From the IMG/VR virus record IMGVR_UViG_3300009093_000034, positions 1 to 64,000 of that record: a stretch of DNA of 64,000 nucleotides, one strand, 5' to 3'. The stretch's first letter is position 1; the number at the start of each line of letters is the position of its first letter. The translations under genes and the position numbers were made by a program. Positions 8,599-17,288 of this stretch are shown piece after piece. A model generated the notes under the pieces. The model was not told the origin of the DNA, ran no database searches, and saw only the letters and a list, made by a program, of their open reading frames with translations.

Positions 8599-9900
8599 AT
8601 GCAAGAAAACGGTGCCATCCTCGTCACAGACGTCAGGTACAAGTCTAATCCTTTCCTAGTTAAGCAACTTAACTGGTGGAAAGAAAAGACCTTGTACGAC
8701 GTTCTGGTGAATGGAGACCTAAACTCATTGGTGTCTCATGCCTTCAAAGAAGGATATGAGCACCTCATTGTCTTGTCTCCTGAGAATGACATTGATCTTC
8801 AGGAACAAACCATTTACAGATCCTATGATAGGATGTTCGAGTCCATCAGGTTTGTAGAAGAGGTTGGACCAAGAGTTCACATGAGAGAAGCAGACCCTGC
8901 TCAGGCTCAACAACCTGGAACTCAGCAAGCTGCTCAGCCACAGCCTCAACCAGCTCCTGCCAACAGTCCAGCATCTCTAACTCTGTTTGCTATGAACGCC
9001 AACCCTCCATTGAAGGGTTTTAAGAATGTCATCAGTTCTTTCTCTGGTTTGAAACTAGCACAAGGAACCAAACTTCTTAAGGTCTTGATGCCTCCTGAGG
9101 CTAACACCCTTGGAGCAGACTTCAGATTCAGCATCCTTCCAGAGTTCTATCCAGACGCAGCAAAGTCAAAAGCTTTTGATGAAAAGGATTGGTTTCCACT
9201 AGGAACTGATCAACCAATAGCCACAACCATCCAGGGAATACTCACAGCCATGAAGGTGGCTAACCCAGCGGCCTTCCCAATCTATGTAGGTGGTAGCCAA
9301 GTTGCTGCAGCCAAGTTGATTCAGGCTCTTCAAGCTGGAGGGTTTGCTCTTCAACAAGGTCCTCAAGTCAACGGTTCTGACAATGTAGACACGACCATTG
9401 GACCAGCAGCTGTTAAGATCTGTGACCAAGCCAACATCACTGGAAAGAAACCAGAAGAGGCCAAGAAGATCAGAGACACAGCTACCAAAGGTAAGGCTGT
9501 TAAGATCGATGAGAAGCAGAAACTTGCTGTTAAGTTGTTCTTAGGATATTGGTCTTACGCCAACAACCTCATTGACCTCAAAGCTAACCCAAGATCTGGT
9601 AAGAACCTTGCTTACTTCAAGAACCTTCTTTCTGCTGAAGACAAAGCTGTTGTGGATGAAGTGTCTGATGCCATTGGTATCAAGAACGCTGTTACTGCTG
9701 CTCAGAACATTGGTAGATTGGTTGGATTGGGTCCTAACGACGAAAAAGATAAGGACAAGGACAAGAATAAAAAAGAGGAAGACAAAGCTCCCTCTCAAGA
9801 TACCACCATCTCTCCAGATGGCGGAAAACACGTATTCGATGTTGCTGCTATTGTTCTTGCTCCAGAGTTTCAATCACTCTACTCTAAGCTTGACCTTTAA
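8599..9900 (+). CDS. Hypothetical protein, probably virion-associated
   Basis: Long ORF with a Q/P-rich linker after MREA; the ATG at 8599 follows the upstream stop. Confidence 0.6.
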   Translation: MQENGAILVTDVRYKSNPFLVKQLNWWKEKTLYDVLVNGDLNSLVSHAFKEGYEHLIVLSPENDIDLQEQTIYRSYDRMFESIRFVEEVGPRVHMREADPAQAQQPGTQQAAQPQPQPAPANSPASLTLFAMNANPPLKGFKNVISSFSGLKLAQGTKLLKVLMPPEANTLGADFRFSILPEFYPDAAKSKAFDEKDWFPLGTDQPIATTIQGILTAMKVANPAAFPIYVGGSQVAAAKLIQALQAGGFALQQGPQVNGSDNVDTTIGPAAVKICDQANITGKKPEEAKKIRDTATKGKAVKIDEKQKLAVKLFLGYWSYANNLIDLKANPRSGKNLAYFKNLLSAEDKAVVDEVSDAIGIKNAVTAAQNIGRLVGLGPNDEKDKDKDKNKKEEDKAPSQDTTISPDGGKHVFDVAAIVLAPEFQSLYSKLDL

Positions 9901-10574
9901 AGCTTGAATCTGTTGGAGATCTCTTCAACTAGAGACTCTAGAGCTTTGATCTCTTTGATCCCCAAAGTATACACTTTCTCAAAAGACTCTTTCCAATTCT
10001 TGAGTCTAGGCTTTCTGATGTACATCAAGATGTAAGGTCTAGCTATCATCCTTAGATGATAAGGAGCGATCTCGTCAAAGTCCTTCAAGGTCTTTTGAAC
10101 CACTTGAAAGAAGTCTTGTTCTGAGTTGTGATCAAACTCAGGTTCGTAACTCTCATTGTGAGAGTTCACAGCACTCAAATGGAACCGCTCTGTCAACTCG
10201 CCTAACTCTGTGCTATGGTCTGTGCCATCTCCAAGAGCTGCATTGAGTGATAGTTCGCTATCCACATTTCGTTGCTTACTGCTGTAAAGAGTCTCAAGAA
10301 CCTTCCACTTTAACAGACCACCAAATGATGCTGTGACGATGAAGTCATCCTGTTCTAGATACCTAGACATGAACTTGCTGGCAGCATCGATAGCGACAGC
10401 CTGAACGTGGTCAGGATCAAGAAATTTCCTGTTCTTCGTCATCTTCAAAGCCAAAGATCTTGCGTACAAGATCAAGACCTCATACATCTTCTTCCAGGCA
10501 TCAGGATCCTTGGTTTTGAGATAGATGGTTTGGAGATTTTCTAGATCAACTTCAGTCTTAGGCTTAGCTGCCAT
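9897..10574 (-). CDS. Sigma-factor-like protein (candidate phage late sigma, gp55-like role)
   Basis: Region-2-like pattern (AWKKMYEVLILYARSLA...AIDAASKFMSRY...FGGLLKWKV) and SLNAALGD resembling region 3; size fits; co-transcribed with the clamp and recA. Confidence 0.55.
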   Translation of the reverse strand: MAAKPKTEVDLENLQTIYLKTKDPDAWKKMYEVLILYARSLALKMTKNRKFLDPDHVQAVAIDAASKFMSRYLEQDDFIVTASFGGLLKWKVLETLYSSKQRNVDSELSLNAALGDGTDHSTELGELTERFHLSAVNSHNESYEPEFDHNSEQDFFQVVQKTLKDFDEIAPYHLRMIARPYILMYIRKPRLKNWKESFEKVYTLGIKEIKALESLVEEISNRFKL

Positions 10575-10576
10575 CT

Positions 10577-11569
10577 TTACTCCGTCAACTTTGCAAACAC
10601 AACGTCAAGGTCTCTTTGTCCTGAAGAGTTCTCAAGATAGAATCTAACACCCGCTCCGTTCTGTTCATCTGGTTTTGCATCGTTAAACTCAAGAGTGACT
10701 TGGTCATCATCGCTGAGTGGTTCAATAGTTGTCTTGAGTGCATCACTGATGAGGATGAACTCTGCGTTCTCAATCTCTGGTTGAGTCTGTTCAATGATCT
10801 CTTCTACATCAAGAACCTTGTTGATGTCTGTGGTAGGATGTTGATACTTGAGGTTCAAGATCTTTTGATCGGTCCACTCAAACGTGATTGGCTTCCAGAT
10901 GCTAGCCTCGTACATGCCTGAGAAGAACTCAATAGCTTCCTTGAGCTTAGAAACCTTGATACCTAGTCTGGTTCGTCTAAGAGCATCAGGTGTGATTGCT
11001 TCAAGGTCTGAGTCACTAGGGATTGAGATGTTACAGGTTTCCACCATGATAATGAACCTGAAGTTCTTCACATAAGGGTGTTCCCAACAAACTGTTCTAG
11101 TAGCTTCGTCATAGTAGACAACGTCTGTCTGCTCTAGAAACTCGAAAAGACTGAGAACGTTCTTATGTAGAGAAAAGAAATCCAACTTGGAGTTTCCATA
11201 GTTAGCTGTCCCGTTCTCTCTGTAGATGATCGTTCTGTCAGCGTAAATCAAGTGATCCGGATAAACAGCGATCGAGTTGTTCTTGATGTTCACCCCCATG
11301 AAAGACATGGCTTTCTTAGAGAAGGTCATGAACTCAGGAGAGAGTTGAAGCTGAACACCCTTGTCCTTGATCGCAGGAGATCTGTTGTCATAGAATGACA
11401 TCAACTCCACTAGATCTGGATTGGTGAGTTCAATGTTGTTGACACTCAAGGTGATCCTATCATCCACAGCACCCTGAAGTCTCAGGGTGGTAGGAGTGAA
11501 GGTATAGATCATTTGAAGGTCGCCTTGTCCTGCGGTCTTCTTTGCTGCGTTGACAAACTTAGATGTCAC
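10577..11569 (-). CDS. Beta-type sliding clamp, C-terminal approx. 330 aa
   Basis: YADRTIIYR resembles clamp ATDGxRL; C-terminal repeat KVSKLKEAIE...FILISDALKTTIEPL..DQVTLEFND; clamp loader and recA nearby; GTG start has no clear RBS. Confidence 0.55.
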   Translation of the reverse strand: MTSKFVNAAKKTAGQGDLQMIYTFTPTTLRLQGAVDDRITLSVNNIELTNPDLVELMSFYDNRSPAIKDKGVQLQLSPEFMTFSKKAMSFMGVNIKNNSIAVYPDHLIYADRTIIYRENGTANYGNSKLDFFSLHKNVLSLFEFLEQTDVVYYDEATRTVCWEHPYVKNFRFIIMVETCNISIPSDSDLEAITPDALRRTRLGIKVSKLKEAIEFFSGMYEASIWKPITFEWTDQKILNLKYQHPTTDINKVLDVEEIIEQTQPEIENAEFILISDALKTTIEPLSDDDQVTLEFNDAKPDEQNGAGVRFYLENSSGQRDLDVVFAKLTE

Positions 11570-11783
11570 ACAATACAGCGAAAGGAGTCTCTACCTTTTC
11601 CTTGAGAGGGATCTCATAGGAGAACATGGACTTCACTCCCTTCAAGTAAACCTTGAGGGAGGTGTCCTGTAGAACGAGGTAAGATTTAGAAAAGGATGAC
11701 ATGAGGTAACTGAAAAGCTTGTTCTTGAGGACGATAGCTTTTACAGAATCATTTGATAGAGTTGTTCGTACTATGTTAGCCAT
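11559..11783 (-). CDS. Probable N-terminal segment of the sliding clamp (out of frame with 10577..11569)
   Basis: ATG 6 nt after a TATATT -10-like element; overlaps the next ORF by 11 nt in the +1 frame. Confidence 0.5.
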   Translation of the reverse strand: MANIVRTTLSNDSVKAIVLKNKLFSYLMSSFSKSYLVLQDTSLKVYLKGVKSMFSYEIPLKEKVETPFAVLCDI

Positions 11784-11803
11784 TTGATTAATATAAGATC
11801 TAG

Positions 11804-12895
11804 TTAGTCTTCAGATGAAGCATCACTTAGAACTTCTTCAGGGTTGATCTCAGGAGGAAGTGTTTCATCCTCGTCATCGTAACCAGTAGCTCCCTCAACG
11901 TCAAGAATCGTGGTTCCCATCAACATCTGGTTGATTTGATCCTTGATCTCTTTGTACTCTGCTGGGTGAGCATTGAGCCAATCTTGAACCTTCTCAAGTC
12001 CATTTAGGTTGAATCCGTACTTCTCAGACTTGTACCAAGCACCTGCACGAGTGATGACTCCTAACTGAGTAACAAAGTCAATGTACTCACTGTCGACATC
12101 AAAACCAGTTTTGAAGTTCAAGTTGAGTTCAGCATCTCGGAATGGAATGCCTGCTTTGTTCTTACCGTTTCGAACACGAATGACGATACCAACGATCTCA
12201 CCCTTGTCCTTGATGGTATCGATCTTGGTGATTCGGTTTCTAACTGAAGCGTAGAACTTGATGGCCTTTCCATCAGCAACTCTGAAGTCTGGTCCTGGTC
12301 CAAAACTCTGGTTCTCACGTTCCTGGCTGACGATGATCATTCCAACGTCGTATCGTTCCAGAATAGGGTTGAATTTCTTAAGTCCAGCTGCGAACAGACG
12401 TGCCGTTCCGCCGAAGTCAGCTTTTCCAAACTCTGCTGCCATAACTGCTGCAGAAGGAGTGGTAGAAGCACTGTCCCAGATGATCAAACCAATGTCGTTA
12501 GGGTTGGCTTTTAAGATCTCTTCAACAACTGCGAAACCCTCCTCTCCATTTTCAGGACGAATGAAGACGAACTTGTCTTCACTGATATCAAGACCTAACT
12601 TAACAGCAAAATCCTTGTCAAAGGTTCTCTCAAAGTCAACATAGATGATGACATTGTGGTCTGGCTGCTTCTGAATCTCAGCTGCGATGTAGGTAGAGAG
12701 AGTAGACTTTCCAGAGGACTCAGGTCCGTGAAACTGGAAGATACGTCCAATAGGAAAACCACCACCGAACAAGAAGTTCAATCTAGGTGAAGATAAGAAC
12801 ATTCTCTTGACAACACCTGAGACATTAACGTCTCGAATGGTAGACTGGTAGTTCTTTTTAATTTTTGCTAGGCTTGCCTTAAGATTCGAGGCCAT
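11804..12895 (-). CDS. recA: RecA/UvsX recombinase
   Basis: GGGFPIGRIFQFHGPESSGKST, YVDFE, IIWDS, VSQERE, GKAIKFYASVR, KNKAGIPFR, AGAWY. Confidence 0.95.
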   Translation of the reverse strand: MASNLKASLAKIKKNYQSTIRDVNVSGVVKRMFLSSPRLNFLFGGGFPIGRIFQFHGPESSGKSTLSTYIAAEIQKQPDHNVIIYVDFERTFDKDFAVKLGLDISEDKFVFIRPENGEEGFAVVEEILKANPNDIGLIIWDSASTTPSAAVMAAEFGKADFGGTARLFAAGLKKFNPILERYDVGMIIVSQERENQSFGPGPDFRVADGKAIKFYASVRNRITKIDTIKDKGEIVGIVIRVRNGKNKAGIPFRDAELNLNFKTGFDVDSEYIDFVTQLGVITRAGAWYKSEKYGFNLNGLEKVQDWLNAHPAEYKEIKDQINQMLMGTTILDVEGATGYDDEDETLPPEINPEEVLSDASSED

Positions 12896-13682
12896 GGATT
12901 CTCCTTAATAATAGATCCGTGTATGCGTATTTTTGTTCTGAGTAGTGAACCTCAGGAGTGGTCTTTGAGTTAGACAAGAACGAAGAGATGAACTTGTCAA
13001 AAGAATGGTAATTGAAACCGTGCTTAAGAACGTCGATGTCAAGAGTTCTTGTGACTAGAGAAAAGTCAAGAACCTTTCCTGTCGTTCTGTTTCTCACCCA
13101 ATTGATGATCTGTCCAGTGAGCTTAGAATCCCACTTCAGTGGGTTCTTAGACTGACTCAACCATGAGTGGGAGAGAAGAGTGATAACTCCACGAGCGTCT
13201 GTTCTCATCTTATCAAAGAGTGCATCGAGAGTAGGAACTGGATCAACCATCTCAAAGGCCATGGCCATTCCAAGGTTGATCTTCTCATAGAAGGACTCTT
13301 TCTTGTAAGCTTCAAGTTGAGCCACCTGCTTGGCGTTAGCAAAGACACTTAACATCGTATCAAAGTTGATCTTGATGTATCGAGCTGCTGGGAAGCCACG
13401 AGTGGATGAGTTGATTAGACTTTTCTTTTCAAGGAGTTCGAAGGCTCTCTTTTGACGAGCAGCTGGAATTCCTAACTGCTTTTGAAAGAGCCTAATTGGA
13501 CAAGGAAAAGCACCATCAGGCTCAAGTTGGTCCTGATTCTTGTTCATCTTGTGGAGGCCAATTAACTCTCCAAACAAGATTGCTGCTGTGCCAGAGTTAA
13601 CATAGCACAGCAGCTTTTTATTTACCTTTGTGAAAGCATCTTCATCAAACGCTAAAACGATATCTTCGACGTCTGTTACCAT
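12879..13682 (-). CDS. Hypothetical protein with N-terminal winged-helix (replication-initiator-like)
   Basis: FQKQLGIPAARQKRAFELLEKKSLI...RGFPAARYIKINFD resembles phage replication-protein wHTH domains. Confidence 0.5.
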   Translation of the reverse strand: MVTDVEDIVLAFDEDAFTKVNKKLLCYVNSGTAAILFGELIGLHKMNKNQDQLEPDGAFPCPIRLFQKQLGIPAARQKRAFELLEKKSLINSSTRGFPAARYIKINFDTMLSVFANAKQVAQLEAYKKESFYEKINLGMAMAFEMVDPVPTLDALFDKMRTDARGVITLLSHSWLSQSKNPLKWDSKLTGQIINWVRNRTTGKVLDFSLVTRTLDIDVLKHGFNYHSFDKFISSFLSNSKTTPEVHYSEQKYAYTDLLLRRIHGLES

Positions 13683-13705
13683 TCAAAGTAGTATAACAGA
13701 CGCGA

Positions 13706-14653
13706 TTATTCTTTCATTGAAGAGACACTTCCGAAAACAAATGACTTTTGAGCTTGTTTAATTCCAAGTGCTATCTCGACAGAGTTTGTGATAATTGATG
13801 AGTTTCTACCAATACAAACTCGAGATAAGAAATGTTTCTCGCCAATAGGCTGAGCTTCAACAAGTTGCAAGTTAATCTGGAATTGACTTGGATCATTTTT
13901 AATTGCAGATAAGATCTTGTAAGAATCAGCATCTTTGTGAGATGCAATCTCTAGATAAGTCTCTGCAAGAGGGTTTCCATAAAGTTTGATCAACTCTTTG
14001 AACTCTTCAACATTGTTTGTGTTATGAGGAAGAAGATGAGGAATGTTGTCCGCGTCATCTCCAAACACAGACTTGTAAAAAGTCACGCTGTTCAAACTTG
14101 GAAGATACCCTTTTTCTTCTAAGAAATCTGAAGGAGTCTTTGGTTCTCCATCTAAGTAAGGGAGATAATGAACTTGACTAGACAAGTATCTTGTCCAATC
14201 TGAGTCATTTGTCACCAACAACGCTGACTGTTCTTTCTCTAAGTAAGAGAACACTGGAGCAACAAGATCGTCAGCTTCTCTATTCTGAATCTGGATGGTG
14301 ATGTAATGAGGATCTTGGGCCAAGAAATAGTAACGAAGAATCGACAAAGAGTTGATGAACTCTTGTGATGCTAATCTTCTATTTCCCTTATAGTTCTCAT
14401 AGATCTGTTTTCTTCCAGAGAAGTTCTTAAAAGGTTTCTTTACAGAGGTGGAAGGCGAGAAGTAGTCAAAAAGAAGGTAAACCTTGGACTTTTCATCTCC
14501 AAACTTTTCTTTAAGTTCTTTGATCTTTTGGATGATCTTTCCAACCAAGATTGGATAGATCTCCTTTGGTCCTACGGTCTCACTAGTCTCAGTTCTGTCA
14601 TACAGTTTGTGAGCTAGGTTAAAAACATCGAGAAGAAGACAACTATAGCGCAA
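13706..14653 (-). CDS. 5'-3' exonuclease / flap endonuclease (T4 RNase H-like)
   Basis: LLLDVFNL, YKGNR, READDLVA, VTNDSDW, GDDADNIP. Confidence 0.9.
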   Translation of the reverse strand: MRYSCLLLDVFNLAHKLYDRTETSETVGPKEIYPILVGKIIQKIKELKEKFGDEKSKVYLLFDYFSPSTSVKKPFKNFSGRKQIYENYKGNRRLASQEFINSLSILRYYFLAQDPHYITIQIQNREADDLVAPVFSYLEKEQSALLVTNDSDWTRYLSSQVHYLPYLDGEPKTPSDFLEEKGYLPSLNSVTFYKSVFGDDADNIPHLLPHNTNNVEEFKELIKLYGNPLAETYLEIASHKDADSYKILSAIKNDPSQFQINLQLVEAQPIGEKHFLSRVCIGRNSSIITNSVEIALGIKQAQKSFVFGSVSSMKE

Positions 14654-14654
14654 G

Positions 14655-14840
14655 TTAACCTCTTATTCTGGTCAAGACTTTGTTAACGCCTGGTGACACT
14701 TCCATGATCTTTTGGTTGCCAGCTAAGTTCTTCTTAGCTTCTTCTAGCTGCTCAGGTGTAAGACCTGGCTTGCTAGGAGCTGGAGCTTCTACTGGCTTGT
14801 GTTGCTCTGCAAACTTTGGAGTAGCAGTGGGTTCGCTCAT
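14655..14840 (-). CDS. Hypothetical protein
   Basis: AGGAGG RBS. Confidence 0.7.
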   Translation of the reverse strand: MSEPTATPKFAEQHKPVEAPAPSKPGLTPEQLEEAKKNLAGNQKIMEVSPGVNKVLTRIRG

Positions 14841-14853
14841 ACGTTCCTCCTAA

Positions 14854-14991
14854 TCAATATGGATGGTGATCTTCCTCACCATCATCATAAAAGTCATCGG
14901 TATCAATACCGAAAACATCCTCGACATAGTTATCATCCCAGATCTCAGAAGGATCTAAGGTTTCATCTATATCTTTTTCTTGTTCACTCAA
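14854..14991 (-). CDS. 45-aa highly acidic protein (below the ORF-track cutoff)
   Basis: TTG start overlapping the upstream TGA, GGAG RBS 7 nt upstream; MSEQEKDIDETLDPSEIWDDNYVEDVFGIDTDDFYDDGEEDHHPY fills the intergenic gap. Confidence 0.65.
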   Translation of the reverse strand: MSEQEKDIDETLDPSEIWDDNYVEDVFGIDTDDFYDDGEEDHHPY

Positions 14992-15449
14992 GACTTTTCT
15001 CCAAAGCATTCCTTAGGACCAATGAAGTTGGTAACCGGAGGGTCCTTAGGGTTCAAGAGATTTAGTAGCAAACCGTATCTGGAGAGATCTTTTCCCTTTT
15101 TCACAGTGATAACGTACTTTTGCTTGTACCACATGACATCGTGGTAGATGATTGGTATGACCGCAGAGTACACGGTTTGATTCAGAAGAAGGGGCTTCTT
15201 TACTTTCTTGTTCTCATTGGTGACCCAAATTTCTGAAGTTGGATCAAAAGAACCAGGATGCAATGTGAAGACAGCTTGTTCGTATCTTTTGTCTCCTGGA
15301 AAGTCAATAGAGGAAGGGTAATCTAACTTAAGTGTCTTGAATAGATCCAAACTGAGGTTTGAACTTTCAGATCCACTTACGATTAATTCTTGGCCATCTT
15401 TAGACTGAAGCTCTATGTAACCTAGTGTCAGATCCACTAAAAATGGCAC
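14988..15449 (-). CDS. Hypothetical protein
   Basis: In operon; overlaps the upstream gene. Confidence 0.6.
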   Translation of the reverse strand: MPFLVDLTLGYIELQSKDGQELIVSGSESSNLSLDLFKTLKLDYPSSIDFPGDKRYEQAVFTLHPGSFDPTSEIWVTNENKKVKKPLLLNQTVYSAVIPIIYHDVMWYKQKYVITVKKGKDLSRYGLLLNLLNPKDPPVTNFIGPKECFGEKS

Positions 15450-16395
15450 GTCTTTCCCCTTTTGTAAAGAATTTGAGTCCTTCTGGACAGATACTTAGTA
15501 GGAACCTACCCCAATACTTCATGTACCGATTCCACTTAAATCGGTTCACGAGGTTCCACCACTTCGTTCTCTCCCACTTTTCAACATCTACCTTTCTCAT
15601 CCAAAGGTGAAACAAGTATTGAGTTTTTGTGACCCTGAACTCTTCTGGACCTTCATTTCTCCAACTAAGGAGAGTGGTGATCGGAAGATTGTGAAGATCA
15701 GCGACTTGACACATCAAACCCTGTTCTGCATAAACAGAAGGCCAACCACCTAAACCGTCTCTTTCTTTTTGGGTCAAACTGGCCTTTGAAACAACCGTGT
15801 TGTCCTTCACAAAAGAGTCGAACAAATAGAAGAAGTGTTCTCTAGCTGAACCAGGAGGGAAATAAAAGAGAGCTGTGTTTTGTGGGTTCACCGACCAATC
15901 TAACTTCACATCCATAGGAAAGTGTGGACCGAATGGGATTCCATTCTTTCTAGGATACATTCCTCTAGGGTCTTTGTGGAGAAAGAACGGTGGTTTTGGA
16001 AAGAGGAAAGAGGTCTCGAAGTCTTGGAGAAGCCAAAGGTCTGTGTCCAAACCAATGGACTCTCCATTGTTCTTAAGAGAATCTCTCCAGGCTTCAATCT
16101 TAGGAGCTCCCCATAACCCGTTAGGATATTCAAGATCTCCAGTGAACTCTTTTTTGTACTTTGTAAGAACATCGGAGTCAATCTTATCCCAAAGCTCTAA
16201 AAGACCAGCTTCGGTGATTTGACTCAACGACTCTTTGTCAGTGTAGAGAAAGACATCACCGATCCCAAACTTCTTCCAAGATATAACAGAGAGAACATAG
16301 CCAAGCTTGGTGTTGAGAAGAAGCTTCTTTGGCCTGTTGTGGTACTTGTTCTTTTTGCTGTTTGGAATCTTGTAGATTGATTGTGTTGCGTTCAT
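15400..16395 (-). CDS. Glycosyltransferase-like (GT-A, DUF6734-like) protein
   Basis: LSVISWKK...VFLYTD, WGAPKIEAW, LDTDLWL (DxD), VYAEQGLM, LFHLW. Confidence 0.55.
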   Translation of the reverse strand: MNATQSIYKIPNSKKNKYHNRPKKLLLNTKLGYVLSVISWKKFGIGDVFLYTDKESLSQITEAGLLELWDKIDSDVLTKYKKEFTGDLEYPNGLWGAPKIEAWRDSLKNNGESIGLDTDLWLLQDFETSFLFPKPPFFLHKDPRGMYPRKNGIPFGPHFPMDVKLDWSVNPQNTALFYFPPGSAREHFFYLFDSFVKDNTVVSKASLTQKERDGLGGWPSVYAEQGLMCQVADLHNLPITTLLSWRNEGPEEFRVTKTQYLFHLWMRKVDVEKWERTKWWNLVNRFKWNRYMKYWGRFLLSICPEGLKFFTKGERRAIFSGSDTRLHRASV

Positions 16396-16401
16396 TTTAT
16401 T

Positions 16402-17208
16402 TTATGAGAGTTTCTCTTCCAATGCTGGGAAAAGTTCCTTAAATCTAAGAGTTCCTTTTGTTCCAAAAGCTAGCTCAATCTTTTCTTTCAGTTGACTATC
16501 TTTTAACAGATACTCTTCTACGATAAAAGTTACCTCTTCTTTAGTAAGTTGAGCACCAAAGAAGACAGCGTTTTCCCAAGCAGTCACAGCAACTGGAACA
16601 ATAGGCTTGATGAGTTCCAAGACCTTTTTGGCCAAGTCTCGAATCTCCAACTGAGCATGGTGATGCAATCTCAAACCTAAGAAGTGAAGCAAGTTATGAA
16701 GGTCAATTGTCCACATCATCTCTGTCATCGTTGCGACAGGAAGGTTGATTCTAGACAATTCCTTAGCAGCGTTCATCGCTGTCATCTTCTTGTACAAGGA
16801 GAAAGACTCTGCCATGTTCTCATTGTACTCTGCAACCATCTCGTCAGAGTTTTCTAAGAACTCTTCTTTTCTCCCTTGCTTATTCTTGTCGGACTGAATA
16901 GGGAACGAGTCTGGAAGAAAGTAATCCTCAGGAAGATCTACGTAACGTCCGCTGATCTCATTGAAAGAACTTGTCCTGTGTCTCATCAACTGACGAGCTA
17001 CAAAGATAGGAAGCTTTACTCGGAAAGTAAATTTCACACTCTCAAAAGGAGTGGTGTGTCTGTTTCTCATCAAGTAGTTGATGAGACCCTTGTCTCCCTC
17101 GGTCAAAGAGGCAGAGTGTTTTCCATAAGAAACTCTTGCACAATTGACAATTCGAAGGTCATCGCCCATGTGATCTACGAGCTCGACCTTGATCTGATCT
17201 AATCCCAA
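16402..17208 (-). CDS. thyX: Flavin-dependent thymidylate synthase
   Basis: ARVSY, HTTPFE, PIFVARQLMRHRTSSFNEISGRY (RHRx7S), ELSRINLP, DLHNLLHFLGLR, HAQLEIR. Confidence 0.95.
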   Translation of the reverse strand: MGLDQIKVELVDHMGDDLRIVNCARVSYGKHSASLTEGDKGLINYLMRNRHTTPFESVKFTFRVKLPIFVARQLMRHRTSSFNEISGRYVDLPEDYFLPDSFPIQSDKNKQGRKEEFLENSDEMVAEYNENMAESFSLYKKMTAMNAAKELSRINLPVATMTEMMWTIDLHNLLHFLGLRLHHHAQLEIRDLAKKVLELIKPIVPVAVTAWENAVFFGAQLTKEEVTFIVEEYLLKDSQLKEKIELAFGTKGTLRFKELFPALEEKLS

Positions 17209-17247
17209 AATTTTCTCCTTAATTCTTTAGTATAAAAAGAAAAGTTA

Positions 17248-17258
17248 TGAGATATTGT
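17248..17258 (+). promoter_or_regulatory. TGAGATATTGT motif upstream of rIIA
   Basis: Exact copy of the recurring motif. Confidence 0.65.
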
Positions 17259-17288
17259 AGTCATACCTATCAGGAGTCCTATACTCGT

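Noticed and set aside
8880-8960. Q/P-rich and A/P-rich pseudo-repeats (also 32820-32990)
   Set aside because: Low-complexity coding linkers, not DNA-level tandem repeats or arrays.
11802-11808. ACTAACT motif upstream of the clamp gene
   Set aside because: It overlaps the recA stop (GAC TAA CT), so it may arise by chance; not counted as promoter evidence. The same caution applies at 31433.
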